From Tubiluchus corallicola (taxonomy: Eukaryota > Animalia > Priapulida), in assembly GCA_030141605.1 (NCBI GenBank), contig JAQGDQ010000212.1, positions 318,769-382,768 on the forward strand: a stretch of 64,000 nt of DNA, written 5' to 3'. A program made the translations under genes and the position numbers. The notes beneath the pieces are model-generated. The model ran no database searches. It had not been told where the DNA came from and saw nothing but the letters and a program-made list of their open reading frames with translations. How positions within the stretch are numbered: position 1 is the stretch's first letter; each line of letters starts with the position of its first letter. Below, one piece after another: positions 19,500 to 32,833 of this stretch.

Positions 19500-19800
19500 A
19501 GTGATGCGGTTATGTGTACGCTAACAAAGCTATACTATTTAATTCACAAATCTATGCATACAGTCGTAAATGAAATTTCCAATTGACATTAATTCTCCGT
19601 CAAATAAATTTGCAATATTACTATAATTTAACGTGTACGGTGCTCTATAAATTGCATTTTCATGGCACTCGCACAAAAAATGCTCTTCTGTCTGAATTTC
19701 TCCACAAAGACATAGCCTGCGTTCACGAGGTACATTTGGCCAACGACCTGTTTCTATAGCTAGATTGTGTGATGAGTCCCTTATTCTTATTGCGCAACTT
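19500..19800 (-). mobile_element. LINE ORF2 C-terminal CCHC fragment
   Basis: SHNLAIETGRW..RERRLCLCGEIQTEEHFLCEC is a typical non-LTR retrotransposon C-terminal zinc knuckle. Confidence 0.75.
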
Positions 19801-22800
19801 CTTCTCTGAGAGTAAACTCGGCTTGCCAACTTCTCTCGCAACTTACTGGAAACTGAGCAAGAGTTGCTGAGAATTCATGCTCAAGTTGACACTCTCAGAG
19901 AGAATTTAGGCAGAGAGAGAACTCTCTAGTCTGAATGCGCCATTAGACAGCCATTGATGATGTTTTCTCAGTGATGTACGAAATAAGACAAGAGTTGATG
20001 CTTCAGTAAATGAGTTCAAAACTTAAAAGGTCCCACACTAATGACATCGGCTTAAGGGCAATAGGTTCAAGATAAAGCACGTTAAACAGTAATGCAACCA
20101 AGAAATTGTGCAATGCTGCATTAAACACTCGATTGAGTAAACTACATTACTTTATTTAAATTTATTTGCGATTATTAAAATTACAAGCAAAAATAATAAA
20201 AAAAGAAAAAGAAGCGGTTGATAGTGACGACACAAAGATACATTAATTGTCCACACCTCCCATAATTGTTTTAAGAAAGTACTATTCGTTACCGTTTTCC
20301 ATTAATAACAGAAAAAACCTTTAACGAAAGGGCACAACGCATTAATGTCACGCTTCAAATAGCCGCCGTATAGACGAAAATACTACATTGTGATCAGTGC
20401 AATATCTCATTGTATATCGCATGCTGTATGTGAGGTGTGTGTTATTAATTTTGATAGTAAATGGCTTGCTTGGCTTGCATTACTGTATGTGTTCTTTCAT
20501 TTCATCATCTCCTCACCCCTGTCACGTAAAATGGTTTGTACTTACCTGTTGGAGTGCTTTGTTTACTTATGCAAAAAGAGTAATACCTGTTCTGAACAGT
20601 TGAGTTGATACTTTTCACTGGTACAGACGTTGGTCTGACCAGTGGGCATGTTCCAGCATACCTGTAGTTAACGTATTTGTCTGGAAAGGCTGGTACACGA
20701 TCTGTGATGTAACTTCTTCACCATGGAGAGCTGAGCTAAGTGCTGTTTTGGCCAAAAGGACAGTGTTCCTGTTGTATAGCCTGTCTTTCTCAGTCTCGTT
20801 GCTGTTACATGGTTTGAAGAGCTGATCAAGCAACAGAGTGTGATGTTAATCCATTCCAGTCAGCTGTTGGTACGTTGGTGTTGTAGACTACAAGAGGGTT
20901 GCTGGAAGCTGTTGATTAGCTGTCGTCATCTGCATTGTTATGGTTCATGGAGGATCGTCATGTTGCCGACGTCAGCGTTGTCATTGTAGGAGGAGGATCG
21001 CCAAGTTGTGAACAACATCGCCACGAACATTCAGATAAGTTATGCGGAATTCGTTTTCCTATCCTCATCTTTCCTTGGGGGTTTTCACAGCAAGCCACCG
21101 CATAACAAATAGTAAATGTACATCAAGGCGTCTTCCATTTATAGCCGTGAAACCTACCAGAATAGTGTATGACGTGTAGCCTAGTCCCACAAAAAACTAT
21201 GTAACTGTTCAGGCTATCTAGTGCTGTGTCACTTAGGTAGTTCTACTAGTAAACATTTTTTTTAATAAATGGGACGTGTATTTTGTGTCGCTGTTTACAC
21301 TTAATGACATTGCTAATCTGACTGAATCAGATCTCGGTAGGATATCTCATATCGACCTCCTACTATGTGCTTGACCGGGACGGTCAAGTATGGGGGGAGG
21401 ATTATGAGCTGAACAGGGAACAGTGCATTATACAGTTCTATTCATAGGCACCAGGCCAGCCAACTTACAGGTAACGTTATGACCTCAACTTTCAACTAGG
21501 AAGCCCATAACATTACCTGCGATTGGTTGAGCAGTGGTTTCCTGTGGAAAGAACAAACACGTGACATCGTCAGTTGTCTTCTGGTTGTCGTGGAATGCAC
21601 TTCTCCTGTCTGCCTACCGAGTGTCGTGGATTCCGTAAGATTTGAAGCATTGTCATCAGGCTTTGTTTGTTTTCTATTGTATTATTCTTCTCAGCTGTCC
21701 CTTTTGAATTCTAAGTTTTGATTTTGTTGTTTCTTTTTTTTAAATTTCTGGAGTGTCCATTATGCAGCGCTTACCCGCATCACCGATGGCGGGCCGTAAG
21801 GCTATCTACCGGGTCGAACCCCAGAACAATATAATGTTTTTTAAGCTATGCACAGCTGCATGATTGTAACTAATCCGTTTGGTTATTTTAGTGCTATTTT
21901 GGTGACGCATTTCGCTGCGCCAGTTGTCCATATTTGGACATGCCAGCATTCAAAGCAGGTGAAAAAATTCAGCTGAGTGAACGACAACTCAATCCTGATA
22001 CATAGTTTGTAGAAAGTTGCAGAAGTAATTTTTAACGTTTCAACAAACCAGTTTAAAAATTAAATTACACATGCAATTAATATAGATTTGAAATTTAAGG
22101 TTGAATGAGTACAAGGAATGTACCTTGCAAAGCTAGGCAATTTTATAATTTTACTTGTTCACGTTATTCAATTCAGTTCAGTCGGCTTTATTCAATAATA
22201 GCAGTTGAAAAGAATACATATAGTAGCAATTTCAATGTGTAATGGCAGAGCAGCAAAAGACTGTTCACACACTAAATCAGGTGTACATTGTATGTAGAAA
22301 ACAATATATGCATGGACGACAACAACAACAACATTTGCTTATTTTATGGGAACCTGCATTTGTACGCGATTATATTTAATGTTGACAGAGGAGTTGCTAC
22401 CATGTATTTAGAATCAAATCGTATAATACAGTATATAATACTTCAGATCAAGTTTCAAATGCTTCTTGCTCTTTGCAATATGCAATATTCTTGGTTGATT
22501 AGAATGTCATGTCACCATAATACTGTAATCAATACTGTAAATAATTGTGGAAAAACAAATAAAAATCTTTGAAACTGTCTGGCGTAAATCCATACATTGT
22601 TTGCAACAGATGTAACAAAATAGAATGATTGGGAAGTGCCAAACTACCAGCGGAGGTCAACCTCACAATGACCTCTAGCTGCCTACCTATTCCACTATAT
22701 AGAATTATACATAAAGTTGATAGGTAGTAATCCCTCTGTTTTTTGTTCACAAAGCCTAATAAGGGCAATTTAAACTGCTTAAATACCATTGCACATTAGT

Positions 22801-24633
22801 GATTATATGTAAACCTTTTATATGTAAACAATATCAAAATTCATGCATTTTACATGCACTTTTGTACCTCTAAATATATGTAACTGAAATTATGCTTTTC
22901 ATTGCTAAGATTTTTGTTTTACTACTGTGCCAGATTTTCGTTGAAGGATTCAAGTTGCATAAAAAAATTGTCGCGCTTAACTTTAGTCCCATGAAACTGG
23001 AAAGTAATTTTACATTTACAGGTTTGTGCAGCATTGGAATTTTTTTCATCACAAAAAACTCACTCACTAAGTTTTTAATTTTAGAAATGAAATCTTGAGC
23101 ATACATTATTCTGATAAAACAATTTTATTAATTCACCTCTACAGGTTTTTAATTTGATTGATTTGATTGGTTGATTAATCATTCATTCCAAACTTAAAGT
23201 TCACATTCAAAATACAGTTACAACAAGAAATAACCATTCAAGACACACACAGAAACTCATATAAACACATTTGTAATGACAAATTAATGTTCTAGCAGCC
23301 AAAGTTACTTAACTGAGTAGCCTTATGAGTTTAGGTATGGCAAATTAATATTCTAAAGGCTAAAATTGTTTACTGAGTACTGTTATGAGAGTAGGTATTG
23401 TATTGGCACTGAATTAACTTGAAAAAGAACAACATAATAATTCAAAAAATTAATTCAATTCTCGCACAGCCTGTCCACATTCACAGTGAGTTGGTCGAAG
23501 GTGGTGTACTGTCCTTTATTCTGTCTATATTGCATCTCTTTATTTCTCCTCAACTATGCCACGTCATATAGGATCTTCATTATTTTTTATTTTATTTTTT
23601 ACAACTTTATTTTTTCTTCTTTTTTTAATCTCCAGAAATGAAAAAATGTTCAAATTATTGTTCAACGATGTTTCAAGTTATTATAATATTAGTAAAGCCA
23701 ATATGACTGTGAGCTATGGCGATGTTACAACGTAAGACATGTAATAATCGTTACGGCTTGCTAAATTTTGTCTAACAACTTTAAAAATTTGGTTCTTCTA
23801 ATTTTTTAAATCCATAGGTCATTTCCGAACATCGCGTATTCAATTCAATTTATTTGACTAAATAATGAAAACGTATAATTCCGTAATTCATTTCTATTTG
23901 TCGAGAAGTTTCTGAAACTTACCGAATTTTGTGAATACAATAACTTCTCATTCAACTTAATGTTAACCTTGCTATTGGTTTTACGGCTTCATATTAGCCT
24001 GTATTATTCTGGTTTTGCACAGCTGTTAAGTACTATACTATAAAATAAAATTCTGACCTTGTACTTGCTGATTTCCTTGCTAGCAGTGCGCTTAACCACC
24101 TGTCTATTAATTTCTTGTAAATTGCTAAAATCTCGTGAAAATCATGATTTTTTTCTCTTACTGTGTTTGTATTAAACTTAATAGTTTTGGTTGTGCAGTA
24201 AAAGTGAATAAATTCGTCGTTATTATTGTGCTGGCCACATTTTACATGATTGTTGAGTTGTTTGGTAATGAATATTTTTTATGTTCATAATTAAGTACTG
24301 CAGAAAAGAAAGACAGACAAATGCAATTATAATCAAAACATTAAAATGTAAGTCAAAATACAAAGCTCTTTTAATTACAGCGGTTGTTACTAAATAATGT
24401 ACCAGGTAATTCGGTGTTTTCATTTGATCAAATTAACATTCATTTTTTCTGTCTAGGCATTAAAATTAGAACGAAATTAAAGTTTTCGATACCATCCATT
24501 GTACGAAAAGTGCAATCTGTGGGCAAAATACTTGACTTGATTAACTCGTAATAAGGTCATTGTTATTTGAATAAATATATACATTAACTAATTATATACA
24601 GTTAACAAAGGCAAAAAATGACAACCAGAAATA

Positions 24634-26966
24634 TCAAATTCCATTTAATTCGTTTTCGAAGAACAGGCGTGCGTTCGGGTTGTACATTGCCCTCCACTTT
24701 GCCAGTCTGTAACACAATTTGAAACACAACATTGATGGTGTTGTACATATTAATGCATATGTTGTTAATAAATTATGCATTGTAATAAATTATTATGATA
24801 AAAATTTTAATCATACATACATGAAACGTATACATGAAACGTACATATACTTTTCATCCTTCAGATCTTGGAACATGTACTTGTATATTGTTCGGTCGTC
24901 AAGCCAAAATTTTTGCTTCTTTGGCCGTCCATGCACAGCACATAGAGTCTCATTAGCTTCGCCTAAAATGAAAAGAAAAAACTATTCACGAAGATGTGTA
25001 TGAACCTATCTTAAGAAAATAATTTATTTAATTACTCATTCGTTTGTTCACTGCCACACACATCAAACACAAATGCAAAAAAGTGGTTACAATTATACAA
25101 GAACATCATAAAACCATACAAGACAGTATTTTTGACGGACATGTATAACATGTTTAGATTATAGAGTATATATAATAAATTATCTAGCTGCTTGAATAAA
25201 CCTACTAGATATCAATGTATCAGCAAACCAGCCTTAACAAACCAGTAAACGTAGCATCACATCATAGGGTTTACAAAAGCTATGGAAAAAAATAACAAGT
25301 CCGGTGAGTTCCAAGGCCTAATAATATGGATCGTATAACAAATTAACGTTCATAGTCAGTGGTCTTTGGACTTGTTGGACAAATGGATGGGTGACAGTCA
25401 GAAAATTGTTGTTCTAAGCAGTCTTGAGATCAAGTAAGAAGTTTAAATAGCAAACATGATATATGCAAAAACAAAAATAAGATACCAGTGTGGGATCCTC
25501 CATCGAAGCATCCTTCAAGATCCCACAATGACTTTCTTTTCCATCCTCCACCACACCTAAATTAATGAGCGCATAATTACACATTAATTGCTGTTAGAAA
25601 CGTATAAAACTTTCTACATTGTGGGCAGCAGTTTTGTCACCTGAAGATGAAGCTGCCCGGACATTTGTGCTCCATGTAATGAACGTAAGAAAACAGATTA
25701 AGAGTCTCTAACTTCATCTAAAACTTACAACTGGCCACAGTTGAAAACTTTAAAAATAAGGCAGGAAAGGGAAGGATGAAAAGGGGAAATCTACCAGACT
25801 AATAAGGTGTGTGCAACCCATCAAACTCAGCCCAATTTTACTCCTACAGGATTAGAACTAAATGATAAAGTTCAAACAAGAGCTACAACGTCATGTCAAA
25901 ATCTGAGTTATAACTCTCATTGCCTAACGAAACGATTCTACACGGTGTCATAACACCTCTCAGGATGGGTTGCACATCCACATTATTCCATCACTTCGAT
26001 TTTTAAAACAGAATTCGACTATAGGAGCATTTATGCTATTTATCCTAAAGATACCACCAGTTGGTCAATGGCTGCTTATAATTATAATAGTTGCTTATTA
26101 GTTCAAAACATGCACGGTTTCTTTACCAAAAGCCCGACTGGCGTCTCATTCCACCCTCCTAGTCACAGGTTCACCTTAAACATATAGGTCTTTGAAACGG
26201 ACATACATCGGGCAAGAATCTTTTTTCATATAATAGCAGTATTTAAATATTAAAACAAATCGTGCTTCTTTTAGTTGTCGATACTTACCGTAAATAAATC
26301 AGGATCGCTGTTATAACGACTATGGATATTCCCATAACAGCAATGCCCAGCTTGTAGGCTGAAAAAGTAAATAATTTAGCTCTTATTATAAAATTGAAAT
26401 ATTCTATTTTTATCGATAGGACAGTCGGTAATTTGCATTCAAAGTGCCGCAAAACAAAGAATGAGTCCGTTATAATTTACATCGCAAAAGCGCATCAGCT
26501 CTAGCAAGACTATAAGCATTAAAATTAAAAAAATCAAACTTGGATTGTGAGTAATTAATAATTTTTAATTAATCATGAATTATCTAAATCTCCTGCTTGC
26601 CTACCTTCCCACCTACTTACCTATCTACCTACCTACCTATGTACCTACCTATTTATCTACCTACGTATGTACGTACGTACGTACGTACCTACTTACCTGC
26701 CTGCCTACACCCTTGACAATCCACATGCCTAAAACTGTTTAGATATATTCATACAAGGCAAGCAGGTATGAAAACTTTATTCTGTTAACTTCGTTTCCGA
26801 CACACTTCAAGCTATTCTATACTATACTACTCACTTCTATTGTGATCTATTTGTGCCGTTGCGTTTATTCTACAGTATTTTGTTTTGTTCTTTAGTAAGT
26901 CAGTCAGCCAGCCAGTTAGTCAATAAGCAAGTGAGTGAGTGAGTGAGTGAGTGAATGAGTAGGTAG

Positions 26967-27051
<85 letters not shown>

Positions 27052-30000
27052 CAGGCAGGCAGGCAGGCAGGCAGGCAAGCAAGCAAGCAAGCAAGCAAGC
27101 AAGTAAGTAAGTAAGCAGGCAGGCAGGCAGGCAGGCAGGCAGGCAAGCAAGCAAGCAAGCAAGCAAGAAAGCAATTAAGTAGCAAGTAAATAAGTGGTAG
27201 GTAGGTAGGTAGGTAGGTAAGTAGGTAGGTGGGTAGGTAGGTAGGTAGGTAGGTAGGTAGGTAGGTAAGTAAGCAAGCAAGCAAGCAAGCAATCAAGCAA
27301 GCAAGCAAGCAAGCAAGTAAGTAAGTAAGTAAGCAAGTAAGCAAGTAAGTAAATAGATGATTATTAATTAATCATAAATTATAAATAATTTATATAGGTA
27401 GGTAGGTAGGTAGGTAGGTAGGTAGGTAAGTAGGTATGTAGGTAGGTAGGCAGGTAGGTCACTCGTTCGGTTGGTCAATCGGTCGGTAGGTAGGTAGGTG
27501 GCTGGGTGGGTGGGTTTTTAGGTAAGTAGGTAGGTACGTGGGTAGGTAAATAGGGAGGTAAGTATGTAGGTAAGCAGGTCGGTAGGTAGATAGGTGAGGT
27601 GGATTATTTGGTATAAAAATAGTAGGTAGCCTAATGTTTTAAGTAGGTAGATAGATAGATAGGTAGGTAGCCAGCAGGTATATAGGTGGGTAGGTAAATG
27701 GGTAGGTTAGATAGGTAGGCAGGTAGGAAGGAAAGTATGTAATCAGGTAGGTAGGCAGGTAGGTAGCTAGTGCTCCTCTGAAAATTTTCTGCACCACTTG
27801 TACTTCTTAACGTTTTCACTGCCCAAGTGTCACTGCTCAAGTGTGCTGCCCGTTGCCCAAATGTCAACTGCCCAAGTGTTGGAAAAATGGTGAACAATTG
27901 ATATATACGTACAGAGTATAAAACTGTAGGTTCAGGCAGTCTTTCAGGGTTATTATTGGATTGAAAAAACGTACCTAATATAATCTCCATTGTAATCCAA
28001 CCAAATAAAAAAAACTTTAAATAAGGAGCGAAAGAGATGTGTCTTGTCTCTTCCCTTCGCAGTCTAAAACTCGCAGTTGTTTTGTTGCTATGAAACCTCT
28101 CCGGGGTTACAATTGTGACGCGAGATCCTAGCGCGTCTCCTGTTTAGGTACCTATAGCAGCAAAACACGGCGACTGACGTAGCCATCATAACAGCTTTTA
28201 TCCAAGCCCAAAGCCACACACGCGCCTACAGCATTCTGTAGAAATTACTCCTCGCTCGCCCGTGATAAGATTCGTACTTTCCCATTTACGATTTTTAATA
28301 CAAGTCTCGATCTAGTGTCGTGCCATTGGGGGTTGATTTTTCGAATCGGGCCCACCGCGAGGAATGGGGAGCAAAAATCCTCCAAAAATGGCCATTTTTC
28401 GGCCGTTTTTTGCAAAATTATACGTCTGAGATCATGAAAACGGGAACGGCAATGGGTGGTGCTGGATACGGATAGATAGCCCGTTCAGCGCTGGATGTCA
28501 TAGGCGTATTTAGAATTTGCGAGAGGGCCACGGCGCCCCACAACGGGCGTTTTCCCAGACCCAACTCACGATATTTTCGAAATTTTGACCAAACAGCATG
28601 CGGAAAAAACGTTTTAGGGGCGCCTGGTGGGACTCTCGGAAAGAGATATACAGCTCTTTAGAAAGAGCAAGAACAGGGCTACACGATGGCGGGGGCTATA
28701 TTTTAGGACACGTCCACCAAGAGGAGTGCCAACGAGTTAATTAGATGTTCTATTATCCGCAATTTTCGCTTAGAAAACTGTTGACGCAAAGCCATTGTTC
28801 TGACGTCATCCATTATACTCTGCTTATAACCTTTTAACTTTAATTCAGTAAAAGCTGCTACTGGCTTTGCGTTATAAGTGAGGACTAGGTAGGATGTTCG
28901 CGTATTTTTGATTATACGTGTATTTATACGCACAATTTTTTGCGGGGCCTTTGCTAGCACTACAATTGTGCAACTTCCTATTTTGGTCGAAAGCACACCA
29001 TGTGCCAAAACATCATTATAAAATTTCTTTATTAAGGGTGAGCATTGAATGTTCGGGTTCGAACATTCGAATCGAATTCGAAAATCATAAATTAGATTCG
29101 ATTTCGTTTTCTGGTAGAAAATGCTCTCCCCTAGTGTTTCTACAAATAAAATTATGTTTAACTTAGAGGTGACATCCTTCATATCAAATCTTTAAGTTTT
29201 GTTGTATTGTTCTATTTTGTGTTTCTAACAGTGTCGATTTCTGTAGTCCCAGTGGTGATCTGCTATCTGGTAACTGGTATACGTTCAACAGGTGTTAGAC
29301 TAGTACACATTCTATAGGTGTTGGACTGGTACACCTTCAAACAGGTGTTAAAGTGGTACACGCTCAACAGATGCTAGACTGGTACACATTCAACAGGTGT
29401 TAGACTGGTATATGTTCAAAAGATGTTAAACTGGTACACGTGCAACAGGTGTTAGACTAGCACACGTTCAACTGGTGCTAGACTGGTACACGTTTAACAG
29501 GTGTTGGACTGGTACACGTTTGCGATAAGACTATAAAAATTATTCAAATGGTTATGGTAAATTTCATCCTCCTACTTCGAAATTAGATCTACTTTTAACA
29601 GCAAAATTAAACATAAATTTTAATCGACATTTTTAAAAGATTTCTTTTTCTTTTTTTTATTTTCATATTGTTGCATGTGTGCTGTTCTGTGATTCACTGA
29701 AATGAAATAAAACGAATAAACAAATAGACGTCCAGAAATTTTGATTGTTTTGATACATCAACTGGCAGGTACATAATTTTTATTTATATATATATATATA
29801 TACGATTTTTTAATTTGAAAAAAGTTTGTTGACAATAATTTGTTACGGTCCTGATCGTATTTATTTAGGAATTTAAAGTCGAATAACAAAGTATGGATTC
29901 TAACAAAGCCCAAAAAAATGATGGAGCAGGCGGAGCATATGTATTAAAATAATGGTGATGTTGTCAGTGATAAAATTAATCTGTTTGCAGCTAGATAAGA

Positions 30001-31788
30001 ACAAGAGAGCAAAAGAAAGGCTTCCTTGGTCGACTGACTGGCTCTACTGACGAGCATAAGTGTCTCATTTAGAGGACAGATATATGTGTAAAGTTTGTGC
30101 AAACGAACACCATTTCGACTTGGTTTTACGCAGTCGAAAGTAGGCTGAATTTTTTTCTCTTCAACTATCCATTCCATTATACAGTTGCAGACAAACTTGG
30201 TTGCTGTAACAAGAAAGGTTTTAAACCATGTAATGAGTTGGAAGGAATAAAGATAGTAAATTGAGAAGCAGGATCACTAAGCCACAGCTCAAACTAAGCA
30301 TACAGATAGACATACAGATAGACATGAAAATCCCGTATGTCACTAGCTAGCAGGTCAGAAACAGGACATTTTGCTAAATATCGTGCCTAGCTGAAAGCGT
30401 TCAGTTTTAAGTACTGTGTTTCCTATCGGTAAACATGGCAAAAATGTGAAAACTGTAAAAACTAGTTCTCGTTGACAAATGCGTGGTTTGTTTGATATCT
30501 CGCACTTCTTATTGTCTGACAATAAATGACAAAACTTATCCACATTACATTATTAACTCTATTCACATACATATCGATATTTTTGCCCCCGCCCCCGCAG
30601 TGGGTGAGATACAAGACTTTGAAATGACTGAGTATTTGCATCTTGTGCATAACGCGAGCTTAAAGTCCCCTGTAGAGCCGAAAGAGGGGGGTTTGGGACA
30701 AAAGTCGTCAAGTCATTTTGGAGAAGATAACAAGATCCAATACTGTGCAGAGTCAGATCTATTCAAACTCAGTAGTTGCTGCACGACTAATCCTTCAAAT
30801 ATGAGTAAAAAATAGAGAAAAATAGGTATTTTTTCGTGAAAATCGGCCTATGCCGTACCTCTGCTACTATGAGGAGTTGGGCCAAGCGGATTCATATTGT
30901 GAATACTAGTGGACCTCATACCCATACCTTTGGTCTGAATCGGTTTACCTAACCTTGTGCCGTATTTTTCCGATTTTGCATGGTCTTCTTGTGGACGCGT
31001 TCTTAATTCGTTTTACCTTAATTGTTGGCTAGTCTTATAATTTGTGTTTTTAAAATTTGCCCAAAAAACAAGCAGGACAAAGATTTGAAATTATAGCTTT
31101 GCTACTAAAATTTTCTAGGAATTGCGAATATACCTTTCATTTCTAGGATGACACCTCTTGTTGCATTCCGACTTCGAGGTCTTTTAGGAAGATGTATTTT
31201 AAAATTGTCAACATCGTGTAAACCGGTGTGAATTATAGCAATGTTCTTAATGATTGGGTTTTCGTAAAGATCTAAGTCTACTTTCTGCAGCCAAGGAGCA
31301 TGTATTATTTCAAGACGTTCCATGGCTGTCATCTCTTTGAAAGCGTCTGCAGCAATCCACTGAAGCTGCTCGTTCCACATCAACCTCAGTATGGTAGCTT
31401 GAGCACAAATACGTTTTGACTCAAGAGCCTGCAACTTGGATTCAATTATCTCCAATGTACTGAAATACTTTTCTACTAGATAACAATACCGAAGTGCATT
31501 AGGAAGTATATTGTAAAGCTGCAACTGCTTTGTCTCCCATTTCAAGTTCCTGGCAATTTCATCGAGTTCTCCACGGCCTAAATCAACCTTCTTTCCACAG
31601 GTCATTTTGCAAGGAAGTCGCATTTCATAGGAACACAGCCGTAAATCTTTACTGCAATTCTTTCCGTCGCCCGCCTCGTGTATAACATCAGACTCAAAAG
31701 ACCCTTGGAGAGCAAAACTGGAATAAGATATTGAAAGGCCAACAAAGTGAACAAACGCCATCCATAAAATGAACTGCGCATGCAACAT
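24634..31788 (-). CDS. Single-pass LRR receptor-like protein, copy B
   Basis: Exons 31788-31134 (SP+LRR), 30203-30052 (LRRCT; the junction gives LEMK-ATKFVCNCIMEW), 29110-~28805 (stalk, end uncertain), unresolved small exons, 26358-26289 (TM YKLGIAVMGISIVVITAILIYLR), 25556-25486, 24962-24851, 24706-24634 (stop). The last four exons chain in phase with GT-AG ends. Confidence 0.75.
26289..26358 (-). CDS. Transmembrane exon of LRR gene copy B
   Basis: ctttttcag|...|gtaagt; encodes a ~20-residue hydrophobic stretch followed by Arg. Confidence 0.75.
26590..27770. repeat. Compound tetranucleotide microsatellite (TAGG/TAAG/CAAG/CAGG/TGAG)
   Basis: Visible directly; produces the spurious LLTY/LLAC ORFs. 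Confidence 0.95.
29270..29520. repeat. 26-bp minisatellite, copy B
   Basis: Same unit as 13335-13680. Confidence 0.9.
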
Positions 31789-32833
31789 GATGAAACCAGC
31801 AAATCAACATTTCAGGGTTGAATTCTGACAGCGATGACTTTAGTTGCCTTTGAGCACGGAAGTGTGTGCAACACTTAGTGACAGAGAAAACAGCAGTTTT
31901 CGAATATTTCGATTTCCTGCGTCATAATGCAATTGCGAGTGATGTAATAACAATTTGAACATAAAGGTCAAAATACTAAACACAAGAAGCTAGAGAACTG
32001 AAATTGAAATATGTAAGTATAATGGCGCGCCTAGACTAGAGAATTCTTTTGCATCTTAGATAGATAGATAGATATTTTATTTCTGAAAATCAAATTTCCA
32101 ACATGAGAGTTACAAACTCGACGCATACCGATGGTTTTATCAGTGGGCAGAGCTCGGGTAATGATTTCCAGATCATACTAACAATTTGACTCAACATAGC
32201 TGCACAAGTTATATACACAGATATACAAATTTAGTTGTAAACACAATGAAGCGAAAAACACTATTTACTAAGCATTTGTACACATGTGATAAACAAATAT
32301 TTATTGCTATGCTATGCTCTGTAGGTTAGAATACTTATTCTCAGAATAATTTCACAATCGTTAACCTTGACTTTACACTTTGCTGAGAAATAACGGAGCT
32401 CTTGTATTGACTGACAACCGTGTGCAATAATAATTTAAAATGTTTTGGTTTATGTAGAGCTTTACACAGTTGCTTAAAAAGCAAATTACCCTGAACACAA
32501 TCAAGTGCTAACTAGTACAGGTGGTTCACAGTTTACCTGCTAAAACGTTTACTTGGTGGTCACATTTTATATGTAATAAATTTGTACAGGGTGGCCCACA
32601 TTTGTCTGCTAAGAATTTTTACAGGTTGATCACATTTTATCAGTAATAGATTTGTACAGGGTGGTCCACAAACTCGATATATAAACAAATGTACGACTTT
32701 AATTATCATAGTACAGGGTGGCTCGAAAATTTAATTACATAAATTTAAACTTGTACAAGGTGGGAAAAAATTACAATAATTTTACAATTTTCTTTTCAAT
32801 TTGAAATATTGAATCTATGGTACAAGTATAAAT

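Larger units (their letters stand above)
21235..32300. repeat. Segmental duplication unit B (homologous to 37480-50167 and, in part, 12265-19480)
   Basis: Long, colinear, near-identical sequence including introns and intergenic DNA, interrupted by indels. Confidence 0.95.

Noticed and set aside
19950-21235. Possible LTR or retroelement remnant matching the Gypsy element
   Set aside because: I could not find a second copy, PBS/PPT or a convincing protein motif by eye.
26900-27344. Long LLTY/LLAC/LPTY ORFs (also 41636-42389)
   Set aside because: They are translations of tetranucleotide microsatellites.
31134-31788. Calling the LRR genes Toll-like receptors, LGR/glycoprotein hormone receptors or Trk orthologues
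   Set aside because: No TIR, 7TM or kinase exons were found on the minus strand, and the neighbouring GPCRs are on the opposite strand so cannot be spliced on.
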